Source: Nitrososphaerota archaeon
GTDB lineage: Archaea > Thermoproteota > Nitrososphaeria > Conexivisphaerales > UBA164
Length of the DNA: 64,000 nucleotides
Direction: 5' to 3'
NCBI GenBank assembly: GCA_009903795.1
Contig: WYER01000003.1
Span: 8,637 to 72,636, forward strand
The first letter of the stretch is position 1. Every line of letters begins with the position of its first letter. Under the pieces are notes generated by a model. It saw only the letters and a program-made list of their open reading frames with translations. It was not told the DNA's origin and searched no databases. Positions 28,633-38,766 of this stretch are shown in pieces. The position numbers were made by a program, and so were the translations under genes.

Positions 28633-30059
28633 CCCTTTACCACTCCTATGGGCCTCATCCTAAAAACCCGCTTTGCGAGCCCTGCTAGCTCGCTCGCTTC
28701 AGCTACAAGGTCCACGTCTTTATACGCAAGGGGCGCTTCTTCTGTAACAGTCTCTTTACTTGCCGCCCTTATTATTATCCCCTTCTTCTCAAGTTCTTCT
28801 ACAAGCTGCTTGTAAGTCCACGTCCTCTTTGCGGCGCTCCTGCTCATGTATCGTCCAGCTCCGTGAGCCGCAGAACCAAAACTTAGCTCTTCGTTTGAGC
28901 TCAATCCAACCATAACGTAGCTGCCTGTGCCCATGCTGCCGGGTATAAGAACCGGCTGACCTATGTTTCTGTACTTAGCTGGAATAAGCTCTGAACCAGG
29001 ACCGAAAGCTCTGGTAGCGCCTTTCCTGTGCACTATGGTTTCCATAAAGCTTCCATCTACTTTGTGCTTTTCCCTTTTTGCTATATTGTGAGCAACATCG
29101 TAAATAAGGTGCATGTCAAGCTTTTCTGGATCATCAAATATCTTGAAGCTTTTTCTTACTTGATAGGTTACTAGCTGTCTGTTTGTCCACGCAAAGTTAG
29201 CTGCGCTTATCATTGCTTTAATGTAATTCTGTCCTTCTTCGCTCATGTAAGGTACTGCTGCGAGTTCTCTGTCAGGAAGCCATATGTTGTACTTTTTAAG
29301 TGCTCTTTCCATTATTTGCAGATAATCGCTGCATACTTGATGCCCGTAACCCCTACTGCCTGTATGTATCAGGACCAAAACTTGGCCTTCCTGCACGACC
29401 CCCATGCTCTTTGCAATGTGTTCATCAAAGATCTTATCAACTACTTCAACTTCAAGGAAATGATTGCCGCTCCCTAGGCTTCCTAGTTGGGATGCTCCTC
29501 TCGCTTTTGCTTCTTTTGAAACCTTTGTAGGATCAGCGCCAGGCATGCTTCCTCCTTCTTCAGCTAACTCAAGGTCATCTTCCCAAGCGTAACCCTTTTC
29601 TAATGCCCATTTCATACCAAGCTTTGCGACTTCATCCAATTCTGATTGTGAAAACGTAAATCCACTTTCGCTTCCCAACCCGCTCGGAACGTTCTTGTAG
29701 AGGCTGTCCATCAGCTCTTTTAGCCTAGGCCTTACATCTTTTTCAGTAAGGTTGGTCCTGACAAGCCTTACGCCGCAATTTATGTCATATCCTACGCCCC
29801 CAGGACTTATAACACCGTTTTCAACGTCAAAGGCTGCGACACCCCCTATTGGAAAGCCATAACCTTCATGACCGTCAGGCATTACATAAGAATACTTTAG
29901 TATTCCGGGCAAAGTAGCAACGTTCATGGCCTGAGTAAGGGTCCTATCCTGTTTTATTCTCTGAATTAGCTCGTCAGTTGCATAAATCCTTACAGGAACC
30001 CTCATCGGTCCTTCTTTTGAAATTTCCCACGTTACATCTCCAACTTTCTTTATTTCCAT
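28629..30059 (-). CDS. rtcB: RNA-splicing ligase RtcB
   Basis: 476 aa with MPDGHEGYGFPIGGV, GYDINCGVR, GSGNHF, HTGSRG and a C-terminal HGAGR motif. Confidence 0.95.
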   Translation of the reverse strand: MEIKKVGDVTWEISKEGPMRVPVRIYATDELIQRIKQDRTLTQAMNVATLPGILKYSYVMPDGHEGYGFPIGGVAAFDVENGVISPGGVGYDINCGVRLVRTNLTEKDVRPRLKELMDSLYKNVPSGLGSESGFTFSQSELDEVAKLGMKWALEKGYAWEDDLELAEEGGSMPGADPTKVSKEAKARGASQLGSLGSGNHFLEVEVVDKIFDEHIAKSMGVVQEGQVLVLIHTGSRGYGHQVCSDYLQIMERALKKYNIWLPDRELAAVPYMSEEGQNYIKAMISAANFAWTNRQLVTYQVRKSFKIFDDPEKLDMHLIYDVAHNIAKREKHKVDGSFMETIVHRKGATRAFGPGSELIPAKYRNIGQPVLIPGSMGTGSYVMVGLSSNEELSFGSAAHGAGRYMSRSAAKRTWTYKQLVEELEKKGIIIRAASKETVTEEAPLAYKDVDLVAEASELAGLAKRVFRMRPIGVVKG

Positions 30060-30228
30060 GATAATTTTTTATGCCTTATACAATATAAAATTTTCATCTG
30101 TTTTTGCCATAGATCTCTCTGTAAGCGAATAGTTATTAAACAGGTTATGCGTTTAAAAATTTAAAAATTCGACGTTGATCTCTAAATAAAAAAATCAATT
30201 TATAAACAGGTTTTTATTAAAACTATGT

Positions 30229-31455
30229 ATGAAATATGATCTAAAGGACAGAAAGTTCTGGATAGCTAGAGAAGATGAAATAAAAAATGGTCTAGCGACA
30301 GATTTTTATTTTCTTAACGTCGAAAAGGCAATGGACGGCGAAAAAATAAACCCAAGAGTTGTAGCCGAAATTTACACAAGACATCTTCCTTACCAAGATC
30401 AATGGGGGGTTCTTAGCGGCGTTTATGAAGCGTTAAAACTTCTGGAGGGCCTTCCTGTATCTGTCTGGTCTTTTGATGAAGGAGAGGTTTTCTTTACATC
30501 AAAAAACGATATAGCCTATGAACCGGTTATGAGGATTGAAGGGCCCTACAGGTACTTTGCAAGGTTTGAAACAGCGCTTCTTGGTTTCCTGTGTTCTATG
30601 AGTGGCATCTCGACAAAGGCAGCAAGGTTCAGGTTTCTGGCTGGAGATGATAAGATCCTTCTTAGCTTCGGCACAAGGAGGACTCACCCCGCTCTTGCGC
30701 CAATGATAGAAAGGTGTGCTTACATAGCAGGTTTTGACGGTTTCAGCAATGTGCTAGGAGCAGAGCTTATCGGAATGAAAGGTTCAGGAACAATGCCACA
30801 TAGCTTTATACTACTTTTTGACGATCCAAGGGATGCGTGGATAGCCTTTGATAAACACGTAGAAAAGGATGTTCCAAGGATAGCGCTCGTTGATACATAT
30901 TATGACGAGAAAACAGAAAGCATAATGGCTCTGGAAACTCTTAACGGAAAGCTCACTGGAATAAGGCTCGATACTCCAAGTTCAAGAAAAGGTGACTGGA
31001 GAAAGATAGTTGAAGAAGTTAAATGGGAGCTTTACCAAAGAGGTGGTAGAAACGTCAAGATCTTAATTTCTGGTGGAATAGATGAAGAAGACATCATAAA
31101 GATGAACGATATAGTGGACGGCTACGGGATAGGAACTTCCGTTTCAGATGCCCCAACGGTTGACTTTAACATGAAGATAGTTGAAGTTGAAAAGGATGGA
31201 AAGATGATAAAAAAGGCGAAAAGGGGAGATATTTCTGGCAAAAAGGAAGTTTTCAGAAACTACGAAAAAGGCGAAGACATAATACAATCAGCTTACCTTG
31301 AGCCTCCAGAAAATTATGAGCCTTTATTGAAAAAATATATGGATAACGGGAAAATAATAAGAGAGTTTGAAGATCTCTCAGAAATAAGAAAAAGGATAAG
31401 AGAAAGGCTAAAGTGGATAAAAGAGAAGAATCCAAAGGCAAGGCTGATCTATTAG
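30229..31455 (+). CDS. pncB: Nicotinate phosphoribosyltransferase (archaeal type)
   Basis: 408 aa with FGTRR, GTMPHSF, RLDTPSSRKG and GIGTS motifs. Confidence 0.8.
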   Translation: MKYDLKDRKFWIAREDEIKNGLATDFYFLNVEKAMDGEKINPRVVAEIYTRHLPYQDQWGVLSGVYEALKLLEGLPVSVWSFDEGEVFFTSKNDIAYEPVMRIEGPYRYFARFETALLGFLCSMSGISTKAARFRFLAGDDKILLSFGTRRTHPALAPMIERCAYIAGFDGFSNVLGAELIGMKGSGTMPHSFILLFDDPRDAWIAFDKHVEKDVPRIALVDTYYDEKTESIMALETLNGKLTGIRLDTPSSRKGDWRKIVEEVKWELYQRGGRNVKILISGGIDEEDIIKMNDIVDGYGIGTSVSDAPTVDFNMKIVEVEKDGKMIKKAKRGDISGKKEVFRNYEKGEDIIQSAYLEPPENYEPLLKKYMDNGKIIREFEDLSEIRKRIRERLKWIKEKNPKARLIY

Positions 31456-31496
31456 AGGAAAGGCTATAAATATCCGCTTTCTTGTTAGTTTGAATC

Positions 31497-33140
31497 ATGA
31501 GTAAGCTTGATGAGGTTCTGAATTTAGCTAAGATTAAAGGTTATTTTTGGCCCTCTTTCGAAATCTACGGAGGAGTAAGCGGTTTCTACACATTTGGCCC
31601 ACTTGGAACCTACCTTCAAAAAGACATAGAGGAGCTTTGGAAGGACATTTTTGTCAAGCCTTTTGGATTTATTGAGATTGATTCTCCTGACGTTCTACCT
31701 TATCAGATCCTTAAAGCTTCGGGGCATGTTGACAACTTTAAAGATCCAATGGCTGAATGCAAAAAGTGCGGAGCCAAGTACAGAGCAGATCACCTTTTAA
31801 AGGATGCTGGCGTTGAAGTTTCAGAAGGGGCAGAACCTTCTTACCTTGAAGCACTTCTTAACAAGAACACCGTAAAGTGCCCAAAGTGCGGTGGACAGGA
31901 ATGGTCAGTTAAGCTTTACCTGAACATGTTTGAAACTAACATAGGACCATATGCTGAAAACAAAGGCTATCTTAGGCCCGAAACAGCTCAGGGGATATTT
32001 GTTGAATTTAACAGCCTTTATAATTACAACAGGGAGCAGCTTCCTATGGGTGTAGTCCAGATAGGAAAGGGTTATAGAAACGAAATTTCTCCAAGGCAGG
32101 GACTTATAAGGCTGAGAGAATTTCACATGATGGAGCTAGAACTCTTTATAGATCCACAAGAAGAGGATGCCCCAGATCTTCCAAACGATCAGAAGTTAAG
32201 GTTGCTCCATGAAAAAGCTAGAGCAAGCGGGGAACCTGAAGAACTCACGCCACAAGAGGCTTATCAGAAAGGAATAGTAAAAACAAAGTGGCTAGCGTTT
32301 TTCTTATACCTTTCTAAAAAATTCCTGAACAGCCTTGGAGTACCGGATGAAAAGCAGAGGTTTTTTGAAAAGATAGCAGGTGAAAGAGCCCACTATTCAG
32401 CACAGACGTTTGATCATGAAGTTTTCATCGAAGAGCTTGGATGGACTGAGGTTGCAGGTTTCGCATACAGAACCGACTTTGACCTGAAATCTCACATGCA
32501 ATCAACAGGAAAAGAAATGTACGCTACTAAGAGAAAAGTCGTCAGCACAAAGGAAAACGTTGTGATCAACAAAGAAGAGCTCATGAAAAGGGAAAACTGG
32601 AAAGAGCTTATGAAGCTGAAGCCAGAAATTAAGGCAGACGGCGTATACCTTGGAAACATAAAGCTTAACGACAAAGAGTATAAGATTATTCAAGAAGTTG
32701 AAAAGGAGGAGATAAGGAAGTTCATACCTCATGTTATAGAGCCTTCGTTCGGGCTTGACAGGCTTACTCTTGTCACTCTATATTACGCTTATAACAAAAA
32801 AGATGGTAGAAACATATTTTCCCTTCCAAAGGGGTTGCTCAAAAACGTGGTAGCTGTGCTGCCTCTTGTTTCTAAGGATGAGTTTGTCAAAAAAGCTCTT
32901 GAAGTCAGAAATATGCTTGTAAACTACGGCTTTAACGTAATATTCGATGATAAAGGATACATAGGAAAAAGATATGCAAGGCTTGACGAATCAGGAATTC
33001 CATTTGCGATAACAGTTGATTCAACTACTCTCGAAGACGAAACCGTAACTGTGAGAGACAGGGACACCTGGGCACAAGAGAGAATTAAAATACGGGATTT
33101 ACCAAGTTATTTAAGGGAGAAAACGAATTGGCGTTTGTAG
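31497..33140 (+). CDS. glyS: Glycyl-tRNA synthetase (archaeal/eukaryotic dimeric type)
   Basis: 547 aa with class II motifs (RPETAQGIF, FRNEISPR, the EPSFGLDR region) and a C-terminal anticodon-binding domain. Confidence 0.95.
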   Translation: MSKLDEVLNLAKIKGYFWPSFEIYGGVSGFYTFGPLGTYLQKDIEELWKDIFVKPFGFIEIDSPDVLPYQILKASGHVDNFKDPMAECKKCGAKYRADHLLKDAGVEVSEGAEPSYLEALLNKNTVKCPKCGGQEWSVKLYLNMFETNIGPYAENKGYLRPETAQGIFVEFNSLYNYNREQLPMGVVQIGKGYRNEISPRQGLIRLREFHMMELELFIDPQEEDAPDLPNDQKLRLLHEKARASGEPEELTPQEAYQKGIVKTKWLAFFLYLSKKFLNSLGVPDEKQRFFEKIAGERAHYSAQTFDHEVFIEELGWTEVAGFAYRTDFDLKSHMQSTGKEMYATKRKVVSTKENVVINKEELMKRENWKELMKLKPEIKADGVYLGNIKLNDKEYKIIQEVEKEEIRKFIPHVIEPSFGLDRLTLVTLYYAYNKKDGRNIFSLPKGLLKNVVAVLPLVSKDEFVKKALEVRNMLVNYGFNVIFDDKGYIGKRYARLDESGIPFAITVDSTTLEDETVTVRDRDTWAQERIKIRDLPSYLREKTNWRL

Positions 33141-33925
33141 TTCATGGCGGAGCAGGACAAAGAAAAAGGGACGAAAAAGCTCTTAGCGTTTTGCTGAAAG
33201 CTGCTGAAATAGGTTACGAATATTCAACAAAGGGTTATACTGTTGAGGCTGTTGTTGAAGCTTTATATTATATAGAAGAAAGCGGGTTATTTAACGCAGG
33301 GAAAGGCTCGGTAAGTAACGATGCTGGCTTTGTTGAAATGGATGCTGGAATATTTAGAGGAAGAGACAGGGCTGCAGGGGCTGTTGCAAACCTAAGAGAA
33401 GGAAGCGCGATTAAAAAAGCTCTTGAAGTTTTAAACGAGAGAAGACATGTTCTTATTAGTTATGGAGGGGCAGTAAAAAAAGAAGGGACAGGTACGGAAG
33501 ATCTTGAGACAATCGGAGCAGTATCAGTAGCGCTCGATGGAGATGTAAGCGCAGCCGCTTCAACTGGGGGTCTAAAGGGAAAAAGAGTTGGTAGAATAGG
33601 GGATTCAGCCATTCCAGGAGCAGGGTTTTATGCCTTAAAAGAAATCGGTGGTACAGCACTTACAGGCATCGGAGAACAGAACATGAGGTGCTTGACCGCA
33701 TACAGAATAGTTCAAAGAATGAAAAACAACGATCCGCTTAAAGCTATAAAAAGCGTATTTGCTAAGGTAAAAAAAGAAATAGGGGAACTCAACCAGGGGG
33801 CTATAGCAGCAGATTCACGCCTAAGAATGGCAGCATTCACTACAGAAGATACTATGCCCGTATGTTTTGTCAGAAGTGATGTAAAAAAGTGTTCTTTTGA
33901 TTTCAAAAATGGAATGTTAATTTAA
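33128..33925 (+). CDS. Isoaspartyl peptidase / plant-type L-asparaginase (Ntn hydrolase)
   Basis: 265 aa with a TTG start, VVHGGAG, ETIGAVSVALDG (autoprocessing Thr) and GDSAIPGAG motifs. Confidence 0.85.
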   Translation: MAFVVHGGAGQRKRDEKALSVLLKAAEIGYEYSTKGYTVEAVVEALYYIEESGLFNAGKGSVSNDAGFVEMDAGIFRGRDRAAGAVANLREGSAIKKALEVLNERRHVLISYGGAVKKEGTGTEDLETIGAVSVALDGDVSAAASTGGLKGKRVGRIGDSAIPGAGFYALKEIGGTALTGIGEQNMRCLTAYRIVQRMKNNDPLKAIKSVFAKVKKEIGELNQGAIAADSRLRMAAFTTEDTMPVCFVRSDVKKCSFDFKNGMLI

Positions 33926-33950
33926 AGCTAACGCGCTAACGTTTATTTGC

Positions 33951-35168
33951 ATGGATCGATGGAAAAAATGCAACGCTTTACACAAAAGGCGATTTCGAAA
34001 GTTGCAAAAAGAAGCTTCAGAAGATAAAACATCGGAGCTGCTAATACCTTTTATAGGCTTGTTCAGGACTTTTGCATTAGCTTTAATTTCCCCTTATTTA
34101 GGGCTCGCGCTTTACAGAAAAGGCCTTCCTTTGCCATACGTTGGCGTTGTTTACGTGTTGCTTGCTGTAATAGGAGCTTTGGGACAGCTTTTTGGCGGCG
34201 CAGCTTCCGACAAGCTTGGAAGGAGGAAGGTCATGGTTTTTTCCTAGATCGGGAGCGGTTTTGCGCTTGTGCTTATGGGGGTAAGCTTCCTTATGCCTGG
34301 TTACTTTGTCTTCATAGTTATGTCACTTTTTCAGAACTTTTTTGGGAGCTCAAACATGGCTGCCTTTAACGCTTATGTTGGAGAACTCGGCTCCGATCAG
34401 AACGGCATGATCAGGGGCTATAGCAGAATGAGGATCGGCATAAACGTTGGTTGGGCTGCCGGCCCCTTAATCGGAGGTATACTGATAGGATATTTTGGCT
34501 TCAAAAATACATGGATAATCTCAGGCGTGATAGTTCTTGCTTCATCTGTACTTTTCCTGTTTTTAAAAGCAAAACAGAGGTTTTACTCTAACCTCGATCT
34601 AAGCACTTTCAAGGATCTAGATTATCTAAAAAAGATATCCCCGTTTGTTCTGATTTACGCTTTTATAGCTCAGTTTGGTTTGACATTAACTATCTACGAA
34701 ACCGTCAACATGAACGTGCCTGTGTCTCTCTATGGACTCATATACCTGCTTAACGGAGCTATAGTTGCTTTATTTCAGATGCCCATGGCTAAAATGCTTT
34801 ACAACAAGAACATCGTGCGCTGGATCGAATATGGCATAATTCTTTATATAGTTGGTTTTTTTGTTTATGCTTTTGGAGGATTGATCTATGCTTTGTTGGG
34901 CACATGCATAACTACTCTGGGCGAAAACATAGTGTCTCCGCTTTCAATGACCTTTGCTAACCTACTATCAAAAGAAGAAAAAAGGGGTAGCTATCTTGGC
35001 GTTTTCGGAATGTTGAGCAGTTCGTCAAGGTCCCTTGGTTCTCTTTACGGAAGCTTTTTGCTATCAAAATTTACTAACCCGTTTGAAATTTGGTCTTCAG
35101 CTGATCTGCTTGGAGCTTTATCGATATTTTATTTTTCTTTAATTAACAGACAAAAAAGATCATTCTAA
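33951..35168 (+). pseudogene. MFS transporter interrupted by an in-frame TAG at 34245-34247
   Basis: ORFs 33951..34247 and 34269..35168 are in the same frame (318 nt apart). The reading continues ...GGAASDKLGRRKVMVFS*IGSGFALVLMGVSF..., running through MFS motif A straight into the next TM helix. Confidence 0.7.
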
Positions 35169-35186
35169 TAACAATTTTTGTTAAAC

Positions 35187-36638
35187 TCAAACTCCAAGCT
35201 CGTCTTCAATTGCTTGAACGTCTACAAACTTCCTAAAATTATTGTAGATGTTTTCGTAAATATCTTCAAAATGCTGTACAGAGCTAAGAGAAATGGGCTC
35301 AAGACCTTTTTTCTGCCTTAAACTGTTCAAAAGCTTCAAGGTAAATATTTCATTTTCAAATATGCCATGTATGTACGTTCCGAAAACTTGCCCTTCGTAA
35401 GCCCCGCTTTGCTTAAATGTATTGATACCGTTCCTTTGATAAATTAGCTCAAAAGGTATTCTGTGTTCTGTTATCCCATAATGTATTTCATAACCTTTTA
35501 TCAAAGTACCAGCTGAAGGACCTTGAAGAACTTTAGCGTTTGAATTTGCCACTACCTTTGAGCTGTTCATCACAGTCTTTGCCTTTAAAAGCGAAAGGCC
35601 ACTGTATTCACCTTCCTTGCTTTCCAAATTATCTATTATTTTTTCTCCAAGAGCTTGCAGTCCTCCACAGATGCCCATTACAGTTGACCCGTTTTTCAAA
35701 GCATTCCTCAATTCTTCTTCAGCGTTTACCGATTTGAGATACTTTATGTCCCTTACTGTGACCTTCGATCCTGGTAAAACTATTAAGTCGTAGCCGTCGG
35801 ATACGTATCCCTGAAAGTTTATCCCAATGTCAGGATACATGAATAGCGGGAATGCATCAGTAAAATTAGACATGTACGGTGTCCTTACAAAAAGAATCTT
35901 AAGCCTACCGTACTTGCTCGGAACTGTGTCAGAGCCGTCTTCCCATGGAGCTACTATTTCATAATAAGGGATAAAACCAAGAATCTTTATCCCGTACCTT
36001 TTCATCATAATTGACATTGCTGGTTTTATAAGATCTTCTTTCCCAGAATATTTGTTTAAGATCGCTCCTATGAACCTTTCTCTGCCCAAAATAATAACTG
36101 TTCCTAAGATGCTTGCAAGAGAACCCCCTCTGTAAATATCGCTAACAAGCAAATATTTCGCTCCAGATATCTTTAGAATGTATCTGTTTGAAAGGTCAGG
36201 TAAGTTTATTTCAGTAGGCGCCCCTGTACCTTCAATTATTATAATGTCATGCTTTTTTGAAAGCTTATTAAAAGAATCAGCTATAACGTTTCTTAAATAT
36301 TCTTGAAACTTTTGACTGTAAAACTCTTCAACAGTTACAGTTGCTCTGTATTTTCCCTTTACAACAACATAAAGGTCTTTTTCTTGAGGTTTAACCAAAA
36401 TCGGGTTCATTTCAACTTCTGGTTCTAAACCTGCTACTTTAGCCTGAAAAATTTGTGCGTATGCAATTTCTCCGCCTTTCCCAACTCCTGAATTAAGCGA
36501 TATGTTTAAAGCCTTAAAGGGTGCTACAGAATAGCCCTTTTTTCTGAAATGCTTTAATAAAAGCGAGACAAGTAAAGTTTTTCCGGCTCCCGAAGAAGTT
36601 CCAAAAACTGCTAGACTTTTAGATGCTTTCAGAGACAA
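35187..36638 (-). CDS. cobQ: Cobyric acid synthase (CobQ/CbiP)
   Basis: 483 aa with FGTSSGAGKT...VAPFKALNISLNS and a C-terminal GATase-1 domain (GICGGLQ, HG). Confidence 0.85.
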   Translation of the reverse strand: MSLKASKSLAVFGTSSGAGKTLLVSLLLKHFRKKGYSVAPFKALNISLNSGVGKGGEIAYAQIFQAKVAGLEPEVEMNPILVKPQEKDLYVVVKGKYRATVTVEEFYSQKFQEYLRNVIADSFNKLSKKHDIIIIEGTGAPTEINLPDLSNRYILKISGAKYLLVSDIYRGGSLASILGTVIILGRERFIGAILNKYSGKEDLIKPAMSIMMKRYGIKILGFIPYYEIVAPWEDGSDTVPSKYGRLKILFVRTPYMSNFTDAFPLFMYPDIGINFQGYVSDGYDLIVLPGSKVTVRDIKYLKSVNAEEELRNALKNGSTVMGICGGLQALGEKIIDNLESKEGEYSGLSLLKAKTVMNSSKVVANSNAKVLQGPSAGTLIKGYEIHYGITEHRIPFELIYQRNGINTFKQSGAYEGQVFGTYIHGIFENEIFTLKLLNSLRQKKGLEPISLSSVQHFEDIYENIYNNFRKFVDVQAIEDELGV

Positions 36639-37800
36639 TTACCCCCTTTTTGAATACATATGTAGGCTTCTCATGATATCTTATTGCCTGTTTAACGCTA
36701 TCTCTTCGTAATAATACAAGATCAGCGCTTTTGCCTGTTTCCAGCCTGTTTTCAATGCCAACAGCGCTTGCAGCTCTCCAAGTTATCATGTCGTAAATGT
36801 TTTCTCTACCTTCTGGATCCATCATCCAAAGAAGATGAGAAGCTAAAAATGCAACTTCAAGAGGATTGCAGGAGCCATAAGGATAATACGCATCGTTACA
36901 ATCATCTTGTCCAAGCGCAACATTTATTCCGTATTTTAACGCTTCATTTACAGGAAGATGATATTTACCTGTATGAGGGTTCGTAACTAAGGATATTTTT
37001 GCTGTTTTAACCTTTTCAAAAACTCTATAAAGGGATTCTTTATCGTATACTTCTAAGGCTCTTGCGTGGCAAGCTTCAACTTTTCCCTGCATGCCATAAT
37101 TTATTGTTTCGTCAGCTAAATACTCTAAAGTTTTAAGCTTTGGATCAGGAGCATCATCAACCAAAAACGCCGCTGGTTTGTTATATTTTTTTGCAAGCTC
37201 AAGCGATATCTTTATGTGCTGTTTCATATCCTCTTCAGTTTTCTCAATCCATGGTATACCGCCCACTACATCAGCTCCTTTTTTTATTGATTCTTCTACG
37301 ATGGATTGAGCGCCCACATCTGTAAAAAATCCCTGCTGAGGAAATGCTACTATTTCTACATCCAGCATGTTTTTAACTTTCTCTTTAGCTTTCATAACAC
37401 CTATAAATCCTTTAAGTTCTGCATAGCTGTCGACGTCTACAAAAACTCTCATAAAAGTAACTCCATGAGAAATACCTTGAAGAAATTTTTCCACAACTTT
37501 GTTAGCAATGATCTCAGAGTCATAGTGTTTTTTTACTTCGGCTGCTTTTCTTATAGCTTCGTCAGCGCCTTCCCCAAGCTGGTATTTCGAAATCGTATCT
37601 TTTTCAATAATATCGCCAGTTTCAACTTTGTCTATATGCACGTGAGGTATTACAAAGCTTTCTGTCAATAGGTTTCCCATACCGTTTATGTCTCCAGATT
37701 CACCTGAATATTTTGATATGTTTAATATTCTATCCCCTTTTATTTCAACAGTATATAAACCTTCTCTATTTCTTAATTTTACATTGGTTATCCTTACCAT
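36619..37800 (-). CDS. Amidohydrolase, cytosine-deaminase (CodA)-like
   Basis: 393 aa, colinear by eye with CodA. Shared blocks are VIPHVHIDK, RVFVDVD, EIVAFPQQG, GADVVGGIP, VTNPHTG and GQDDCNDAYYPYG. Confidence 0.7.
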   Translation of the reverse strand: MVRITNVKLRNREGLYTVEIKGDRILNISKYSGESGDINGMGNLLTESFVIPHVHIDKVETGDIIEKDTISKYQLGEGADEAIRKAAEVKKHYDSEIIANKVVEKFLQGISHGVTFMRVFVDVDSYAELKGFIGVMKAKEKVKNMLDVEIVAFPQQGFFTDVGAQSIVEESIKKGADVVGGIPWIEKTEEDMKQHIKISLELAKKYNKPAAFLVDDAPDPKLKTLEYLADETINYGMQGKVEACHARALEVYDKESLYRVFEKVKTAKISLVTNPHTGKYHLPVNEALKYGINVALGQDDCNDAYYPYGSCNPLEVAFLASHLLWMMDPEGRENIYDMITWRAASAVGIENRLETGKSADLVLLRRDSVKQAIRYHEKPTYVFKKGVIVSESI

Positions 37801-37929
37801 TTATTTTAATTGTTTTTAATGTTAATTTAATCTTTTTCTTCATAAAGCTATGTCGTCAAGCTTTTAGGTTCTTCTTTAACTATGTGTTCATTAGGAAATT
37901 ATTTCAACATCACTCTCAAATAAACAGGT

Positions 37930-37987
37930 TCTAGAATGGATTAAGCAAATTTTGTTGATTAATATAAGCAATCAGCTTAAGTTAACG
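37930..37987 (+). repeat. Solo right-end fragment of the IS element
   Basis: ttctagaatggattaagcaaattttgttgatt...cttaagttaacg matches the IS right end tctgaatggattaagccaattttgttgatt...cttaagttaacgg. Confidence 0.55.
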
Positions 37988-38041
37988 AAAACCTTTGAAC
38001 AAAACAAAAAACATAATAGAAAATTTATGCTTAATGTAATT

Positions 38042-38341
38042 ATGAGCATTATAGTTGAAATAGCTGTTGACCCAATAGGCACAAACTCAACTAGTGTTAG
38101 CAATTACATAATAAAGGTTGTTGAGGTGATAGAAAAAATGAATCTTAAATATCAGGTCGGCCCTATGGGAACTTCGATTGAGCTGAAAAACCTAAAGCAA
38201 GTCGGCGATTTGCTTCAAGCGATTCACGATGAGCTAAACAAACAAGGTGTAAACAGAATAGTTACCACTGTAAGGATAGATGATAGAAGGGACAAAGAAG
38301 AAACTATGGAGTATAAGCTAAGTCGAGTGTTTAAAAGGTAA
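38042..38341 (+). CDS. MTH1187/YkoF-like (DUF77, UPF0045) small protein
   Basis: The track ORF at 37952 starts inside the IS fragment. The conserved part starts at the ATG at 38042 (MSIIVEIAVDPIGT...S.YI......I......Y.VGPMGT.IE). This is the ferredoxin-like UPF0045 pattern. Confidence 0.65.
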   Translation: MSIIVEIAVDPIGTNSTSVSNYIIKVVEVIEKMNLKYQVGPMGTSIELKNLKQVGDLLQAIHDELNKQGVNRIVTTVRIDDRRDKEETMEYKLSRVFKR

Positions 38342-38690
38342 TATAACCAGTACTTCCGCAAGTATAGCATTTTAATTATAATTAACGGTGTAATTGTTTT
38401 TAAATTAATTTCATATAGCGTCGTTTTAAATCAGATTTTTGTCCCTAGCCTTATAGTGCAAACTAATGGCCTAATAGTTAGCTTATTTAGTGAGCCCAAA
38501 AGTATGCGTTCGTGCTTTGAATTTTAACCTGCCTGGGTTGTACATTATGTAATTCTTCTCAAACACAATAAAGGAACCCATTTCTTTCATTGTATATCAT
38601 AATAAGGCGCTTTCTGTTAAAAGGTAGAACCATTAAGACTTCGGAAATTATCGTCGTTCTTATCACCAATGTATTGTAACAATAAAGTGA

Positions 38691-38766
38691 TGCGGCGGGC
38701 GGGATTTGAACCCGCGATTTTCAGCGTGGCAGGCTGACGTCCTAGACCAGGCTAGACGACCGCCGC
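38691..38766 (-). tRNA. tRNA-Gly (anticodon GCC)
   Basis: The reverse complement is GCGGCGGTCGTCTAGCCTGGTCTAGGACGTCAGCCTGCCACGCTGAAAATCGCGGGTTCAAATCCCGCCCGCCGCA, a clean 76-nt cloverleaf. Confidence 0.9.

Noticed and set aside
34245-34247. An in-frame TAG in the MFS transporter as a possible pyrrolysine codon.
   Set aside because: TAG is used as an ordinary stop (for example hemA at 1590-1592). No pyl genes or methylamine methyltransferases are visible, and a transporter helix boundary is not a known Pyl context. It is kept only as a nonsense or read-through candidate.
37952-38041. The 30-codon N-terminal extension of the DUF77 ORF given in the ORF track.
   Set aside because: The extension is encoded by the IS right-end fragment and AT-rich spacer. 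The conserved UPF0045 pattern begins at the ATG at 38042.
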